NCBI GenBank assembly: GCA_019057375.1
Contig: DXJF01000053.1
Span: 13,268 to 77,267, forward strand
Reading direction: 5' to 3'
DNA from: Candidatus Heimdallarchaeota archaeon
GTDB taxonomy: Archaea > Asgardarchaeota > Heimdallarchaeia > Heimdallarchaeales > Heimdallarchaeaceae
DNA length: 64,000 bases
The first letter of the stretch is position 1. The number at the start of each line of letters is the position of its first letter. Position numbers and translations under genes: made by a program. The notes beneath the pieces were generated by a model. It was not told where the DNA came from and did not search any database. It worked only from the letters and a program-made list of their open reading frames with translations. Positions 28,627 through 38,063 of this stretch are shown here, piece by piece.

Positions 28627-29247
28627 ATGGGCAACCTAAATGGAGGGTCTAGCACAGATTGGAAATATTATGATACTGTAAATTACATTATGTCCCAACA
28701 ATTTTTTGAGAAACCTCACTTTATTATAGATAGAAGAGCATCTAAGAAAATTAAGATTAAGAATAGCGGGGTTGTCATTGACAAACTCATAGAAATTGTG
28801 AAAGAAAATATTGATCCTTATGAGAGAGGAGAGGATGAGGAATTCATAGGTCAACTTGCATCAAAATTTAATATTCGTGCAAGGGAGATTTTTGAGAGAT
28901 ATAATAACAAGATGAATAATCTAGAAGAAATTCAAAAACAAGATAAAAATTTCAATCTGATGGTTGCATTAAGTGTAATTATAGAGTATTTTCAAAAAAG
29001 AGCAACTGTAACAATCCATAAGCAGCTTAGGGATGATTTGAAAAACAAGTTCGTTAATAACAGTTTCAAAAAATCTTTAGATTTTTTACATCAGACAGCT
29101 GATGATGATTTTTCTTTATTACTAAATATTGGTGTTCTAATGAAATATGCTAAAGTTACTAAAACAGAAATTTCTTCAAAATATTTTGATAAAAAACTGA
29201 AAATAGTATTAAAAAAACTACTAAAATCTGATTTTACTATTAGTTAA
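28627..29247 (+). CDS. Hypothetical helical protein
   Basis: 206 aa ORF, co-oriented between the MTase and ligA; no motif recognised. Confidence 0.7.
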   Translation: MGNLNGGSSTDWKYYDTVNYIMSQQFFEKPHFIIDRRASKKIKIKNSGVVIDKLIEIVKENIDPYERGEDEEFIGQLASKFNIRAREIFERYNNKMNNLEEIQKQDKNFNLMVALSVIIEYFQKRATVTIHKQLRDDLKNKFVNNSFKKSLDFLHQTADDDFSLLLNIGVLMKYAKVTKTEISSKYFDKKLKIVLKKLLKSDFTIS

Positions 29248-29343
29248 ATTTTCCAATCAATGTTAATTCTTTTTACTTCTATTAGATTCATGTAAGCCTC
29301 CCCAACAAGTATTTAAAACGTTAAACCTAGATTTGAGAGATTA

Positions 29344-31251
29344 GTGATTCAAATGGTGGATGATGAAAGGAAACAACTAGAAAACTTGATTCTGTATCAT
29401 AAAAGGAAATATTATGATGATGAACCAGAGATTTCTGATGCGGAATACGATAGTCTAGAGGATAGATTAAAAGATATTGATCCTGAAAACCCTGTTTTGT
29501 TTATTGTTGGTACTCCTTCAGGAGGTAATGTGATTCATGATCCTCCTATGCTTTCATGCCAAAAAGCCAAAACTGTGGATAAAATCATTTCTTGGTCTGA
29601 AAATCGACCATTAATGATGGGTTACAAAATAGATGGTTTATCTCTGAAAATAATTTACCAGAATTCTAAGCTGATTCAAGCTGCTACCAGAGGTTCAGGT
29701 ACTCTAGGTGAGGATATAACATTAAATATATTGAAAATTCAGACGATTCCTAAAACAATACCATTTAATGATAGAGTAGAAATTCGAGGTGAGCTCTTTA
29801 TGCGAATCTCTGAATTTAACAGGATAAATGATTCCTTACCTGAAGAAAAAAAATACAGTAATCCTAGAAATCTCGCAGCTGGAACTGTTAAACAAAAAGA
29901 TGCACGCGTGATGGAAGGACGCGCACTTAATTTCAAGGCATTTGAACTACTGAAATGGAATGACCAAGCAACTACAGAAGAAAAAGCTTCAACCTTGAAA
30001 ACTTGGGGATTTGAAACTTCTGATTACCTTACTATAGATTCACCAAATTACGAGGAAGTATCTAAACATTTCAAAAGTGTAGAGAGTGATAGAGATAATC
30101 TAGACTTTGAAATTGATGGAGTTGTGTTCAAGTACAACTTAGCTTCAGATAGAGAAGAAGTTGGTGCAACAGATCATCATCCCCGATGGCAAATAGCCTT
30201 GAAATTTGAAAGTAAGGGTAAATCTACAAAACTAAATGCAATTACTTGGCAAGTTGGAAGAACATCTGTTTTAACTCCTGTTGCTGAATTAGAACCTATT
30301 GAAGTTTCTGGTGCTGTAATAAGCAGAGCAACATTGCACAATGCTGATTTCCTGATTAAGCTAGACGCTAAACCTGGTGATTTTGTTTATGTTGAAAGAT
30401 CCGGAGAGGTAATTCCAAAAATTATTAGTGTTACAGCGAAGAATTCTACTGGAAAAGTAAATCTACCTGATCAATGTCCATCTTGTGGTGCTAAAACAGT
30501 GAAATCAGGTGTAAATCTTCTCTGTGGAGGAGATTCATGTAGGGGAAGAGATATTCAACTGATTAATTCATGGATTCGAAAAACAGGCATTGATGGAATT
30601 GGCAGTAAAAGTTTAGAGAAACTTTATGACACTGGTTTAGTTAAACATTATTCCAGCCTTTATGCTCTCAACGAAGACCAATTAGTTACTCTTTTAGGTA
30701 GAAACGGTGCAAAGATCTTTTCCTCAATAGAGAGTACAAGGGAACTCCCTTTTCGAACATTCCTAGCTGGTTTAGGGATTGAGTCCTTGGGACAAACAAT
30801 GGGTAAGAAACTTGCCAATAATTTTACTTCTCTAGATGAACTTAAAGAAGCTTCTATCGAAAAACTGACTAGCCTTGAGGGAATTTCCGATATTACTGCT
30901 AGGAATATAAGTAATGGCATAAATCAAACGGAACGATACGAAAAATTGTTCAAAAATGGTTTGAAGATTATCTATCCTGAGAAAAAAGATATACAGATCA
31001 CTAATAATAAAGAAACACAACAAGTGAGTTCATTAAAAATATATGTTACAGGAAAAGTAGAAGAATATACAAAAATTGAATTGAGAGAGTTAATAGAAAA
31101 CAAAGGAATAATCTGGGGTTCAGGTGTTTCCAAAAGCTTAGATTATTTGGTACTTGCTGAAAATGCTGGAAAAAGTAGACAGGAACAAGCAAAAGCTTTG
31201 GGAGTAAAGATGATTAAATGGGAAGAATTTCATTCGAAATATATTGAATGA
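29344..31251 (+). CDS. ligA: NAD+-dependent DNA ligase
   Basis: YY.DEPEISDAEYD, H..PMLS, adenylation motif KIDG, ATRG.G..GEDIT, EIRGE, NPRN.AAG, DGVV.K, HHPRWQIA.KF, WQVGRT..LTPVA, C4 zinc finger, HhH repeats and BRCT. Confidence 0.97.
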   Translation: MIQMVDDERKQLENLILYHKRKYYDDEPEISDAEYDSLEDRLKDIDPENPVLFIVGTPSGGNVIHDPPMLSCQKAKTVDKIISWSENRPLMMGYKIDGLSLKIIYQNSKLIQAATRGSGTLGEDITLNILKIQTIPKTIPFNDRVEIRGELFMRISEFNRINDSLPEEKKYSNPRNLAAGTVKQKDARVMEGRALNFKAFELLKWNDQATTEEKASTLKTWGFETSDYLTIDSPNYEEVSKHFKSVESDRDNLDFEIDGVVFKYNLASDREEVGATDHHPRWQIALKFESKGKSTKLNAITWQVGRTSVLTPVAELEPIEVSGAVISRATLHNADFLIKLDAKPGDFVYVERSGEVIPKIISVTAKNSTGKVNLPDQCPSCGAKTVKSGVNLLCGGDSCRGRDIQLINSWIRKTGIDGIGSKSLEKLYDTGLVKHYSSLYALNEDQLVTLLGRNGAKIFSSIESTRELPFRTFLAGLGIESLGQTMGKKLANNFTSLDELKEASIEKLTSLEGISDITARNISNGINQTERYEKLFKNGLKIIYPEKKDIQITNNKETQQVSSLKIYVTGKVEEYTKIELRELIENKGIIWGSGVSKSLDYLVLAENAGKSRQEQAKALGVKMIKWEEFHSKYIE

Positions 31252-31285
31252 TCTACCTTTTTTTATAATCGATTTCATCCCTTTT

Positions 31286-31915
31286 TCATAATTTCATAGT
31301 AATAGTAATTCCATCTCTTAAAGGTAGAATAGATGATGAAACTCTTTTATCTGAAAAAGCTAATCTGTTATACTCTCTTGAACCTGCTGTTTGATAATCT
31401 TTCTTTCGTTTTTGAGCGACTTTTCCACACCACAAAGTATTATCAGTTATCAATAATCCTCCTTTTCTAAGCTTAGGAATTGCTTTCTCGAAAACTTCAG
31501 GATAATCTTCTTTTTCTACATCATTAAATATTATATCAAATTTACCCTCAATTTCATCTAGAATTTCGATTGCATCTCCAGTTCTAAAATCAATCTTTGT
31601 TTTAACCCCAGCTTTTTTGAAATATTTCTCAGCAAGCAGTTTATTTTCCTTCGTGAAATCTGTACAGATTATTTCTGTTGTCTCATCCATCCTTTCTGAA
31701 AACCATAAAGCTGAATATCCAAAACCGGAACCTAGTTCAAGAATTCTTCTAGCTTTAATCAATCTTGCATATTGATTTAACAATACACCAACAAGTGGTT
31801 CAATTATAGGGAAATCTATGCTTGTTGCATAATTTTCCACTTCTGTATATATTGAAGCACGATTTTCTAGAAGATCTGTCATATACTTCTCCACCTTAGG
31901 ATTAGTAATTTTCAT
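31286..31915 (-). CDS. Class I SAM-dependent O-methyltransferase (caffeoyl-CoA OMT/TrmR-like)
   Basis: ILELGSGFGYS, FDIIFND.EK..Y, LRKGGLLITDNTLW.G.V, LPLRDG. Confidence 0.9.
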   Translation of the reverse strand: MKITNPKVEKYMTDLLENRASIYTEVENYATSIDFPIIEPLVGVLLNQYARLIKARRILELGSGFGYSALWFSERMDETTEIICTDFTKENKLLAEKYFKKAGVKTKIDFRTGDAIEILDEIEGKFDIIFNDVEKEDYPEVFEKAIPKLRKGGLLITDNTLWCGKVAQKRKKDYQTAGSREYNRLAFSDKRVSSSILPLRDGITITMKL

Positions 31916-32045
31916 GATTCAACGCTAACTCAAAGGAATAAAAATGCTAACTTCTTCCAAAAAATTTCATAATTATAAAATCAATGAAACTTGGAAAAAG
32001 AAATAGATTTATAATAACTCTAAACTACATTTATTCGATAACACA

Positions 32046-32360
32046 ATGAATTTCGCTGATATCAATATTCCTGGGGAAGTAGTAACTGTCGAAGGTGAAA
32101 AAAAGGCTAATGAAATTATTATGCTAGCCTTAAGTACATGTCAATGGTGTAAAAAGGGGAAACAATGGCTGAAAGATAACAATTACACTTACAGTTATCT
32201 TGACATTGATAAAGTTCCTTTTGAAGATAAAAGAGAATTCAAAAGAGCTGTCAGTAAGCATTTCAATGCGATGGTTAGATATCCTTTCTTAATCGTTGAC
32301 GGAGATAAATTCTACGCTGGTTTTAACATAGAAAATTGGAAAGAAATGTTTCTCGAATAG
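32046..32360 (+). CDS. Glutaredoxin-like protein
   Basis: LSTCQWCKK active site; YPFLIV. Confidence 0.88.
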   Translation: MNFADINIPGEVVTVEGEKKANEIIMLALSTCQWCKKGKQWLKDNNYTYSYLDIDKVPFEDKREFKRAVSKHFNAMVRYPFLIVDGDKFYAGFNIENWKEMFLE

Positions 32361-32361
32361 G

Positions 32362-32706
32362 TTGATATTCATGAAAGAGAAAACTATAGATGATGTTACA
32401 AAATATATAAAACAAGTAGCTCAAAAGAGAAATTGGATCTTACATCCAAATGATGATGGAACACTTGATATGCTGATTGAAGGATTAAGAGACTATTTTA
32501 ACAGGGTAGGATACTTTAACTGTCCATGCAGAGATTCATATGAAAATATGAAAATTGACAGAGATATTATTTGTCCTTGCGATTATGCTCAACCTGACAT
32601 AGATGAATTTGGACGTTGTTATTGTGCTTTATACTTCGACACTAACTATTCATTTGATTCTGAAATCGAAATGATTCCTGAAAGAAGACCTGTAGAAAAG
32701 TGGTAA
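32362..32706 (+). CDS. Ferredoxin:thioredoxin reductase catalytic (beta) subunit
   Basis: Three Cys pairs: GYFNCPCR, ICPCDY, GRCYCALY. Confidence 0.93.
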   Translation: MIFMKEKTIDDVTKYIKQVAQKRNWILHPNDDGTLDMLIEGLRDYFNRVGYFNCPCRDSYENMKIDRDIICPCDYAQPDIDEFGRCYCALYFDTNYSFDSEIEMIPERRPVEKW

Positions 32707-32797
32707 ATCCTCTTATTTCTACTCTAAATTATTCTAGAGCGTTTTTTTGCATTTTCGTTAGTCAATAAACTTAATAAGTAAGCGATAAAAATTTACT

Positions 32798-33610
32798 TTG
32801 AAGAAAATGGATAGAATAGGCAACTATACAATTAAGCCATTCAAACGTAAATTACAAGCTGAAGTTACTGAATTCTCTCGAAATAGATATTATATGACTG
32901 GTTTAATGGAATTAGACGTAACTGAAGCTAGAAAAATATTTGCATGTTATAAAAATCAAAAAGGTGAAAACCTTTCATTTACCTCTTGGGTTGCTAAATG
33001 TGTTGGTATAGCTGTTAACGAAAATAGAGAAGTCCATTCTGCTAGGAAAGGTAAGAAGATTATTTTTTTCGAGGATGTAGATCTTTCAATTCCAATTGAA
33101 AAAATAATCGATGGTAAGGCTTTTCCATCCATATTGGTTCTTAGAAAAGCTAATGAAAAGAGTGTTCAAGAGATACATAATGAGATAAGAGCAGCTCAAT
33201 ATCCAGATAAGGATGATATAACAACCAGTATGTCTAAGAAACAGATAAACATGCTCTTTTCATTACCACGAACTGTTCGCACTCTCATTTTCTGGAGACG
33301 ATTACGTAGAAACCCCTTCTTCTTGAAAAAACTCAATGGAACAGTTCAGCTCAATCCTCTTGGCATGTTTGCAAAGGGAATCGCAGGATGGGCTATTAAT
33401 CTCGGACACCATCCTCTAAGTGTTATTATTGGTGGAATATCAGAACAACCTCGTTTAATTAATGATAAGCTGGAAAACAGAGAATTTCTCAATATAGCTT
33501 TAAAAGTGGATCACATAATGACAGATGGAGCACCTGCAACTAGGTTTGCTAGAAGACTAGCTGACCTTCTACAAACTGCAGGTTTTCTAGAAGGATTTTG
33601 TGAGGAATAA
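32798..33610 (+). CDS. Stand-alone 2-oxoacid dehydrogenase E2-type acyltransferase catalytic domain
   Basis: ELDVT..., SFTSWVAK, DLSIPIE, GTVQL..LG, catalytic DHIMTDGAPA.RF; no lipoyl domain. Confidence 0.85.
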   Translation: MKKMDRIGNYTIKPFKRKLQAEVTEFSRNRYYMTGLMELDVTEARKIFACYKNQKGENLSFTSWVAKCVGIAVNENREVHSARKGKKIIFFEDVDLSIPIEKIIDGKAFPSILVLRKANEKSVQEIHNEIRAAQYPDKDDITTSMSKKQINMLFSLPRTVRTLIFWRRLRRNPFFLKKLNGTVQLNPLGMFAKGIAGWAINLGHHPLSVIIGGISEQPRLINDKLENREFLNIALKVDHIMTDGAPATRFARRLADLLQTAGFLEGFCEE

Positions 33611-33721
33611 TTGATTAAATAATTTCTTCATTTAGATTTAGTTTATTCTTATTCTATTATTTCTATATTAAAAAATACTCCTTTTTGAAAATTCATTCTT
33701 TAAATCTCTTGAGTAGATTCC

Positions 33722-33868
33722 TCATTTTTTTTTCTTAATAGCTCTTATTGCTAACCAAGCTGGAACTAGAGCCAATACTGAAAATAATATAGAGAATTGC
33801 ATTGCAACAGGATAACTGAAAACTCTTTCCTCAGCTAAGTTAGCTATGAACCAAGAACCTAGAGTCAG
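33722..33868 (-). pseudogene. Remnant C-terminus of a membrane transporter gene
   Basis: Start-less open frame LTLGSWFIANLAEERVFSYPVAMQFSILFSVLALVPAWLAIRAIKKKK, i.e. a TM helix plus basic tail. Confidence 0.4.
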
Positions 33869-34164
33869 TTAACCTATTTGATAAACTCATAAACTAATAG
33901 TAAGAAAGACATATTTCTGTGTTTAAGAAAGCTTCAACAAACCACTAAGAGGACTTGAATGAAAATGAAGTGTTAAGACTTGCTGAAAGAGAAAAAACTA
34001 ATTTTAATCTCTTCTTTTAATCTGAACTGGATGTATCAAAAAATCACTTTATAAATTACTAAAGATCAAAATCAAACAAAAATATACCTCATCATTTCAC
34101 AAGATTTGAACATAGTCTCTAAAGACAGTTTTGAATAGAAAAAAGAACGTAAGTTATGAGAATT

Positions 34165-34965
34165 CTATAGCTTACTACCACAAGATGTACAAAACTTAGC
34201 ATCTAAGTCTTCATTAAATCCACAATTTGGGCACACTTTTAGACCTTGTGAAGTTTGACTAAATACAGGAGGTGGTTGTTCTGCTGTTTGATAAGTTTGT
34301 TGTGGTTCGTATGTTCTTTGCGGTTGATATGTTTGATAAAGTTGCTGTTGATAGTATACTGGTTCAGTTTGCATTTGCTGTCTTCGTCTTCTTCTGAAAA
34401 CAACTGCACCAATTATAATGGCGATAACACCTAGACCAATTAGACCATAAATCCAATCTCCAGGTTCTAGGTCAGAACCTCCAGATACATCATAACTTTG
34501 AATGGCAGAAATCGTATAGGAAACAGTTGATAAACCGAAATTGATAATTACAAAATCATAACTTCCTGAACTTAATATTTCTGTAATTGTAGTAGATGTT
34601 ATATTTGAGCTATATGCATGCCAAGATGGTTCAGGTCCACCATCATTCCATTCTTCAAAATCTCCACCCCCACATATTACTACATCTACAGTATCCGAAG
34701 AAGTAACAGTAACTCGAACAGTTGTTGAGGATTGAGATATTGTTCTGGTATATAAAACAAAATATCCTGAAGGCAATGTATCAGAATCAGTAAATAGATC
34801 AGTGGTAGTAGTTTCAGCATTTACGAGTATTGAATATGAGAAACATAATATCAACACGAAGACTAGTGCTTTAACTTTCATTCTATAACCCCTTTTTCTA
34901 GTTATACTTTGATTCATATTTAAAGTGGGTATATTAAAAAGAAACGGTATTAAAAAATTACTCAA
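34165..34965 (-). CDS. Single-pass membrane protein with extracellular beta domain, Q/P-rich linker and C-terminal zinc ribbon
   Basis: Signal peptide (likely start MKVKAL), TM WIYGLIGLGVIAIIIGAVVF-RRRRR, and CPNCG...FCTSCG. Confidence 0.85.
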   Translation of the reverse strand: MSNFLIPFLFNIPTLNMNQSITRKRGYRMKVKALVFVLILCFSYSILVNAETTTTDLFTDSDTLPSGYFVLYTRTISQSSTTVRVTVTSSDTVDVVICGGGDFEEWNDGGPEPSWHAYSSNITSTTITEILSSGSYDFVIINFGLSTVSYTISAIQSYDVSGGSDLEPGDWIYGLIGLGVIAIIIGAVVFRRRRRQQMQTEPVYYQQQLYQTYQPQRTYEPQQTYQTAEQPPPVFSQTSQGLKVCPNCGFNEDLDAKFCTSCGSKL

Positions 34966-35133
34966 GAAAAATGCTTAAATTGATTAAATAACATTTTAAA
35001 TATTTTCTAATTTTGAATCTTTTTTCCTGCTTAAACAATCTAATCAATTAATATTTCATGATTAGTTGTGTTTACTTCTTGAACGAAAATCTCATATAAT
35101 TTTAGATAAAAATAAAAAAGAAAAAGAGGAAAT

Positions 35134-36501
35134 TTAGCTACTTACAGTGTGACCATCTATTGTCAAAGTAGAACTTTCTAATGGAAAGGGTAAATCAACA
35201 GGATCTGATCCGATATGCTGAATTTTCATCAATGATTCAAAGAAATTTCCTGCGATACTTACTGGTTTAAGAGGATGAACAATCTCTCCTTTCTCAACCA
35301 AATATGCATTAGTTGCAGTTATAGAGAAATCTCCAGTAATCATATTTGAATGTCCCATACCCATTGGAAAACCTTCAATGAAAATAGCTTTATCATATGC
35401 TGCAATTTGCTCGTCTTTGTTTTTAGTGCCAGGTTGTAGAACAAGTTTGTTAGGTGATATGGCAGGCATATTTTCATAACGTGTTGGTTCATTTCTTTGA
35501 GCATTTCCAGTACTTTTAGTTCCGAAAATTGGTCCATAGAAATTGTCAAACAGAAAGCTCTTTAGAACACCATCTTTTACTATTTCAGTTTTACCTATAG
35601 TTGTTCCTTCAGCATCAATAGCTTCTGAAGAAATCTTTGTTGGAATAGTACCATCATCATTCAATTGGAAATCTTTGGTTGCAATTTGTTCATTCAATTT
35701 ATGCATCAAAGGATTTTGTTTTTCGACTACAGTTCCACCATTAAGTCCTACTTGAAAAGTTGTGCTCAATAACATTGAAGCTGTTAAGGGTTCCCAGATT
35801 GTAGGGAGTTTAAGAGATTTTCCGAGAGGTTTTGAACCTAAGTGTTTGAATGCTTTATTGATCGCATTCGAACCTAATCCACTTAAATCTTGTATAGTTC
35901 TGCCAACTTTGAAGTCAAAAGCTGTTGAACGTTCTCCTTGACCCATAGCAACAGAGTACACTGTTCCATAATGAGCAGTATTAAGAGAGGAGACAAGACA
36001 GCCTTCAGTTGTTGCTACAGCAAAACCACCCCATTGAGTGCCCACTTCGATATCTGCGCCAACTAATCTTTGATCATCAATATCTGCTTCTTTAACTAAA
36101 CTAGCTAAATGTCCAACAAGAGTTTCAGTGTCAAGTTCAGTAATATTTGTATCTAGAATTCCTTCTTTTCCAGGTTTACTATCAGAAATAAAACCAGAAA
36201 ATCGTGGATCTTCAGGACGGTTTTTTGCAATCTTATGTGCATTAGCCAAAGTCGATTTAATGGAATCATGTGCAAACCCTGCACAAGTAGCAAAGCCAAC
36301 TTTTTTACCTTCGGCAACACGGATGCCAATTCCTTGAAGCATACCATCTCGGCATTCAGTTTTTCCTTTAGAATACTTCACTTCAGTTAGAGAATTCTTG
36401 ATGATGTAAGCTTCAGCAGTTTGAATACTCATATCTTTTGCATACTTTAGAGCTAAATCAGCTACTTCCAGTATTTCAGAACGTAATTTTTCTAGTACCA
36501 T
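35134..36501 (-). CDS. pmbA: PmbA/TldE metalloprotease non-catalytic subunit, copy 1
   Basis: GIGIRV..GKKVGFA, DAEG....T..VKDGVL..FLFD, STGNA.R, TGDFS..A..AY.VE.GEI; no HExxH. Confidence 0.9.
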   Translation of the reverse strand: MVLEKLRSEILEVADLALKYAKDMSIQTAEAYIIKNSLTEVKYSKGKTECRDGMLQGIGIRVAEGKKVGFATCAGFAHDSIKSTLANAHKIAKNRPEDPRFSGFISDSKPGKEGILDTNITELDTETLVGHLASLVKEADIDDQRLVGADIEVGTQWGGFAVATTEGCLVSSLNTAHYGTVYSVAMGQGERSTAFDFKVGRTIQDLSGLGSNAINKAFKHLGSKPLGKSLKLPTIWEPLTASMLLSTTFQVGLNGGTVVEKQNPLMHKLNEQIATKDFQLNDDGTIPTKISSEAIDAEGTTIGKTEIVKDGVLKSFLFDNFYGPIFGTKSTGNAQRNEPTRYENMPAISPNKLVLQPGTKNKDEQIAAYDKAIFIEGFPMGMGHSNMITGDFSITATNAYLVEKGEIVHPLKPVSIAGNFFESLMKIQHIGSDPVDLPFPLESSTLTIDGHTVSS

Positions 36502-36502
36502 T

Positions 36503-37918
36503 TTATTCGCCTCCGACTAGTACTTCATCGACAACGATGCTAGGTCCACCGAGTCCAACTGGTAATGGATATTGGCCACCTTTTCCACATCCACCAAAGT
36601 AAGATGTAAAGAGATCCATTTCTTTTCCTACACCACTAATTTGGCTGATGAAATCCAAAATTTGACCTGATAGTGCTGCATCTTTTATAGGTGTTGTAAT
36701 TTCGTTATTTTCTATTAAATAACCTCTGCTACATTTGAATAAGAATGCTCCATCTAAGCCAGCTTGACCGCCAGATGTACCAACTGCATAGATACCGTCA
36801 CCAACCATTTCAACTGATTCTTCTATACTAAGATTTCCTGGTTTGAAGTATGTATTTTTCATCCTTGGGATACTTGGGTACATGAATGTAATTGCCCTAC
36901 TATTACCTGTAGTTTCAGTGTTCATCTTGTTTGCTGTACTTCTATCGTGAAGATATCCAACTAGCATTCCTTTGTCCATCAAAACAGTCTTTCCTGTTTT
37001 AGTTCCTTGATCATCATACGGTAAGAAGAATCCTCCATATTCAGAGATACCTTCATCAATAATGGTCGCATGTTCGCTTCCTAACTGTTCTCCAACTCTA
37101 TCTGATATGGGAGACATGCCTGTTATAACAAAGTCTGATTCTGATAAGTGACCAAAACTTTCATGAGCTAGAACTCCTGCCATTCGTGGTCCAACAAGGG
37201 CTTTTTGTTTTCCACCTGGTGCTGCTACTGCTTTTGTTTGCTCATTGCAGTATTTTCCAGCATTTGTACCAATAGTTTCTGGATCTTTTCCTTTTAGTTT
37301 GAAATATTCCATCCCTTGTGATTGTCCTACTCCATCAGATCCTCTTGCCTGAGTTGTTTCAGTCATTGCTATTGCTACAATTCGCATATCAAACAAAAGT
37401 GGTGTCCAGTAGATTTCAGATTGTTCTGAGTTTACAAACAGTTTATTTCCCCAAAGTTCTCCCCATAATCCAATCGTAGATTGGGCATCAACTTGTTCTT
37501 TTGCACAAGCTACTCCTCGTTTTAACATATCTAGTTTTTCTTCAAATTCAACATCCATTGGATGTATTTTTACCTTATGTTCAATAGAATCCTTAATGAT
37601 AGGTCTATCTGAATATTTATGTTTGAATGTTAAAAGGGATTCAGTAGATTTAGCTATTCCTAAAGCTCTTTTTGTTGTTTCTTTTAAAGCATCAGTTTCT
37701 AGTATTGGTGTAAAGGAATAACCAGGTGACCCATTAATGCAGGTCATAATTCCTATTCCTCTACGTTGTTTTGTGGAAGATTCTTTGACTTGTTCATTTG
37801 TATAATTAATAGTTGTCAAAGTCAAATCATCATACCTTGCTTCAACAAAATCAGCTCCAAGTTTATGACCATGATCTACTGCTTTATGTAAAAGATCTAA
37901 GACATAATCTTTCTCCAA
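36503..37918 (-). CDS. tldD: TldD metalloprotease catalytic subunit, copy 1
   Basis: AHESFGHLSESD, YDDQG, TGNSRA..Y..PRMKNTY, CGKGGQ. Confidence 0.93.
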   Translation of the reverse strand: MEKDYVLDLLHKAVDHGHKLGADFVEARYDDLTLTTINYTNEQVKESSTKQRRGIGIMTCINGSPGYSFTPILETDALKETTKRALGIAKSTESLLTFKHKYSDRPIIKDSIEHKVKIHPMDVEFEEKLDMLKRGVACAKEQVDAQSTIGLWGELWGNKLFVNSEQSEIYWTPLLFDMRIVAIAMTETTQARGSDGVGQSQGMEYFKLKGKDPETIGTNAGKYCNEQTKAVAAPGGKQKALVGPRMAGVLAHESFGHLSESDFVITGMSPISDRVGEQLGSEHATIIDEGISEYGGFFLPYDDQGTKTGKTVLMDKGMLVGYLHDRSTANKMNTETTGNSRAITFMYPSIPRMKNTYFKPGNLSIEESVEMVGDGIYAVGTSGGQAGLDGAFLFKCSRGYLIENNEITTPIKDAALSGQILDFISQISGVGKEMDLFTSYFGGCGKGGQYPLPVGLGGPSIVVDEVLVGGE

Positions 37919-38063
37919 TTTTATTCACCTTTTTGGTTTAAATATTTTTTGAATTGTTGAAAAATTACTAGAGGAATTTATAAAAGTATGCAAAACCAGT
38001 TGGTTTCAAACTTAAACCAATAATAGTTAAAATAATTTAAAAAAAAGAAAAGAAATTTTTTTT

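Noticed and set aside
32046-32706. Selenocysteine recoding in the redox genes
   Set aside because: All active-site positions are Cys codons, with no in-frame TGA.
34240-34380. Q/Y/P-rich quasi-repeats as a DNA tandem repeat
   Set aside because: They are imperfect at the DNA level and explained by a low-complexity protein linker.
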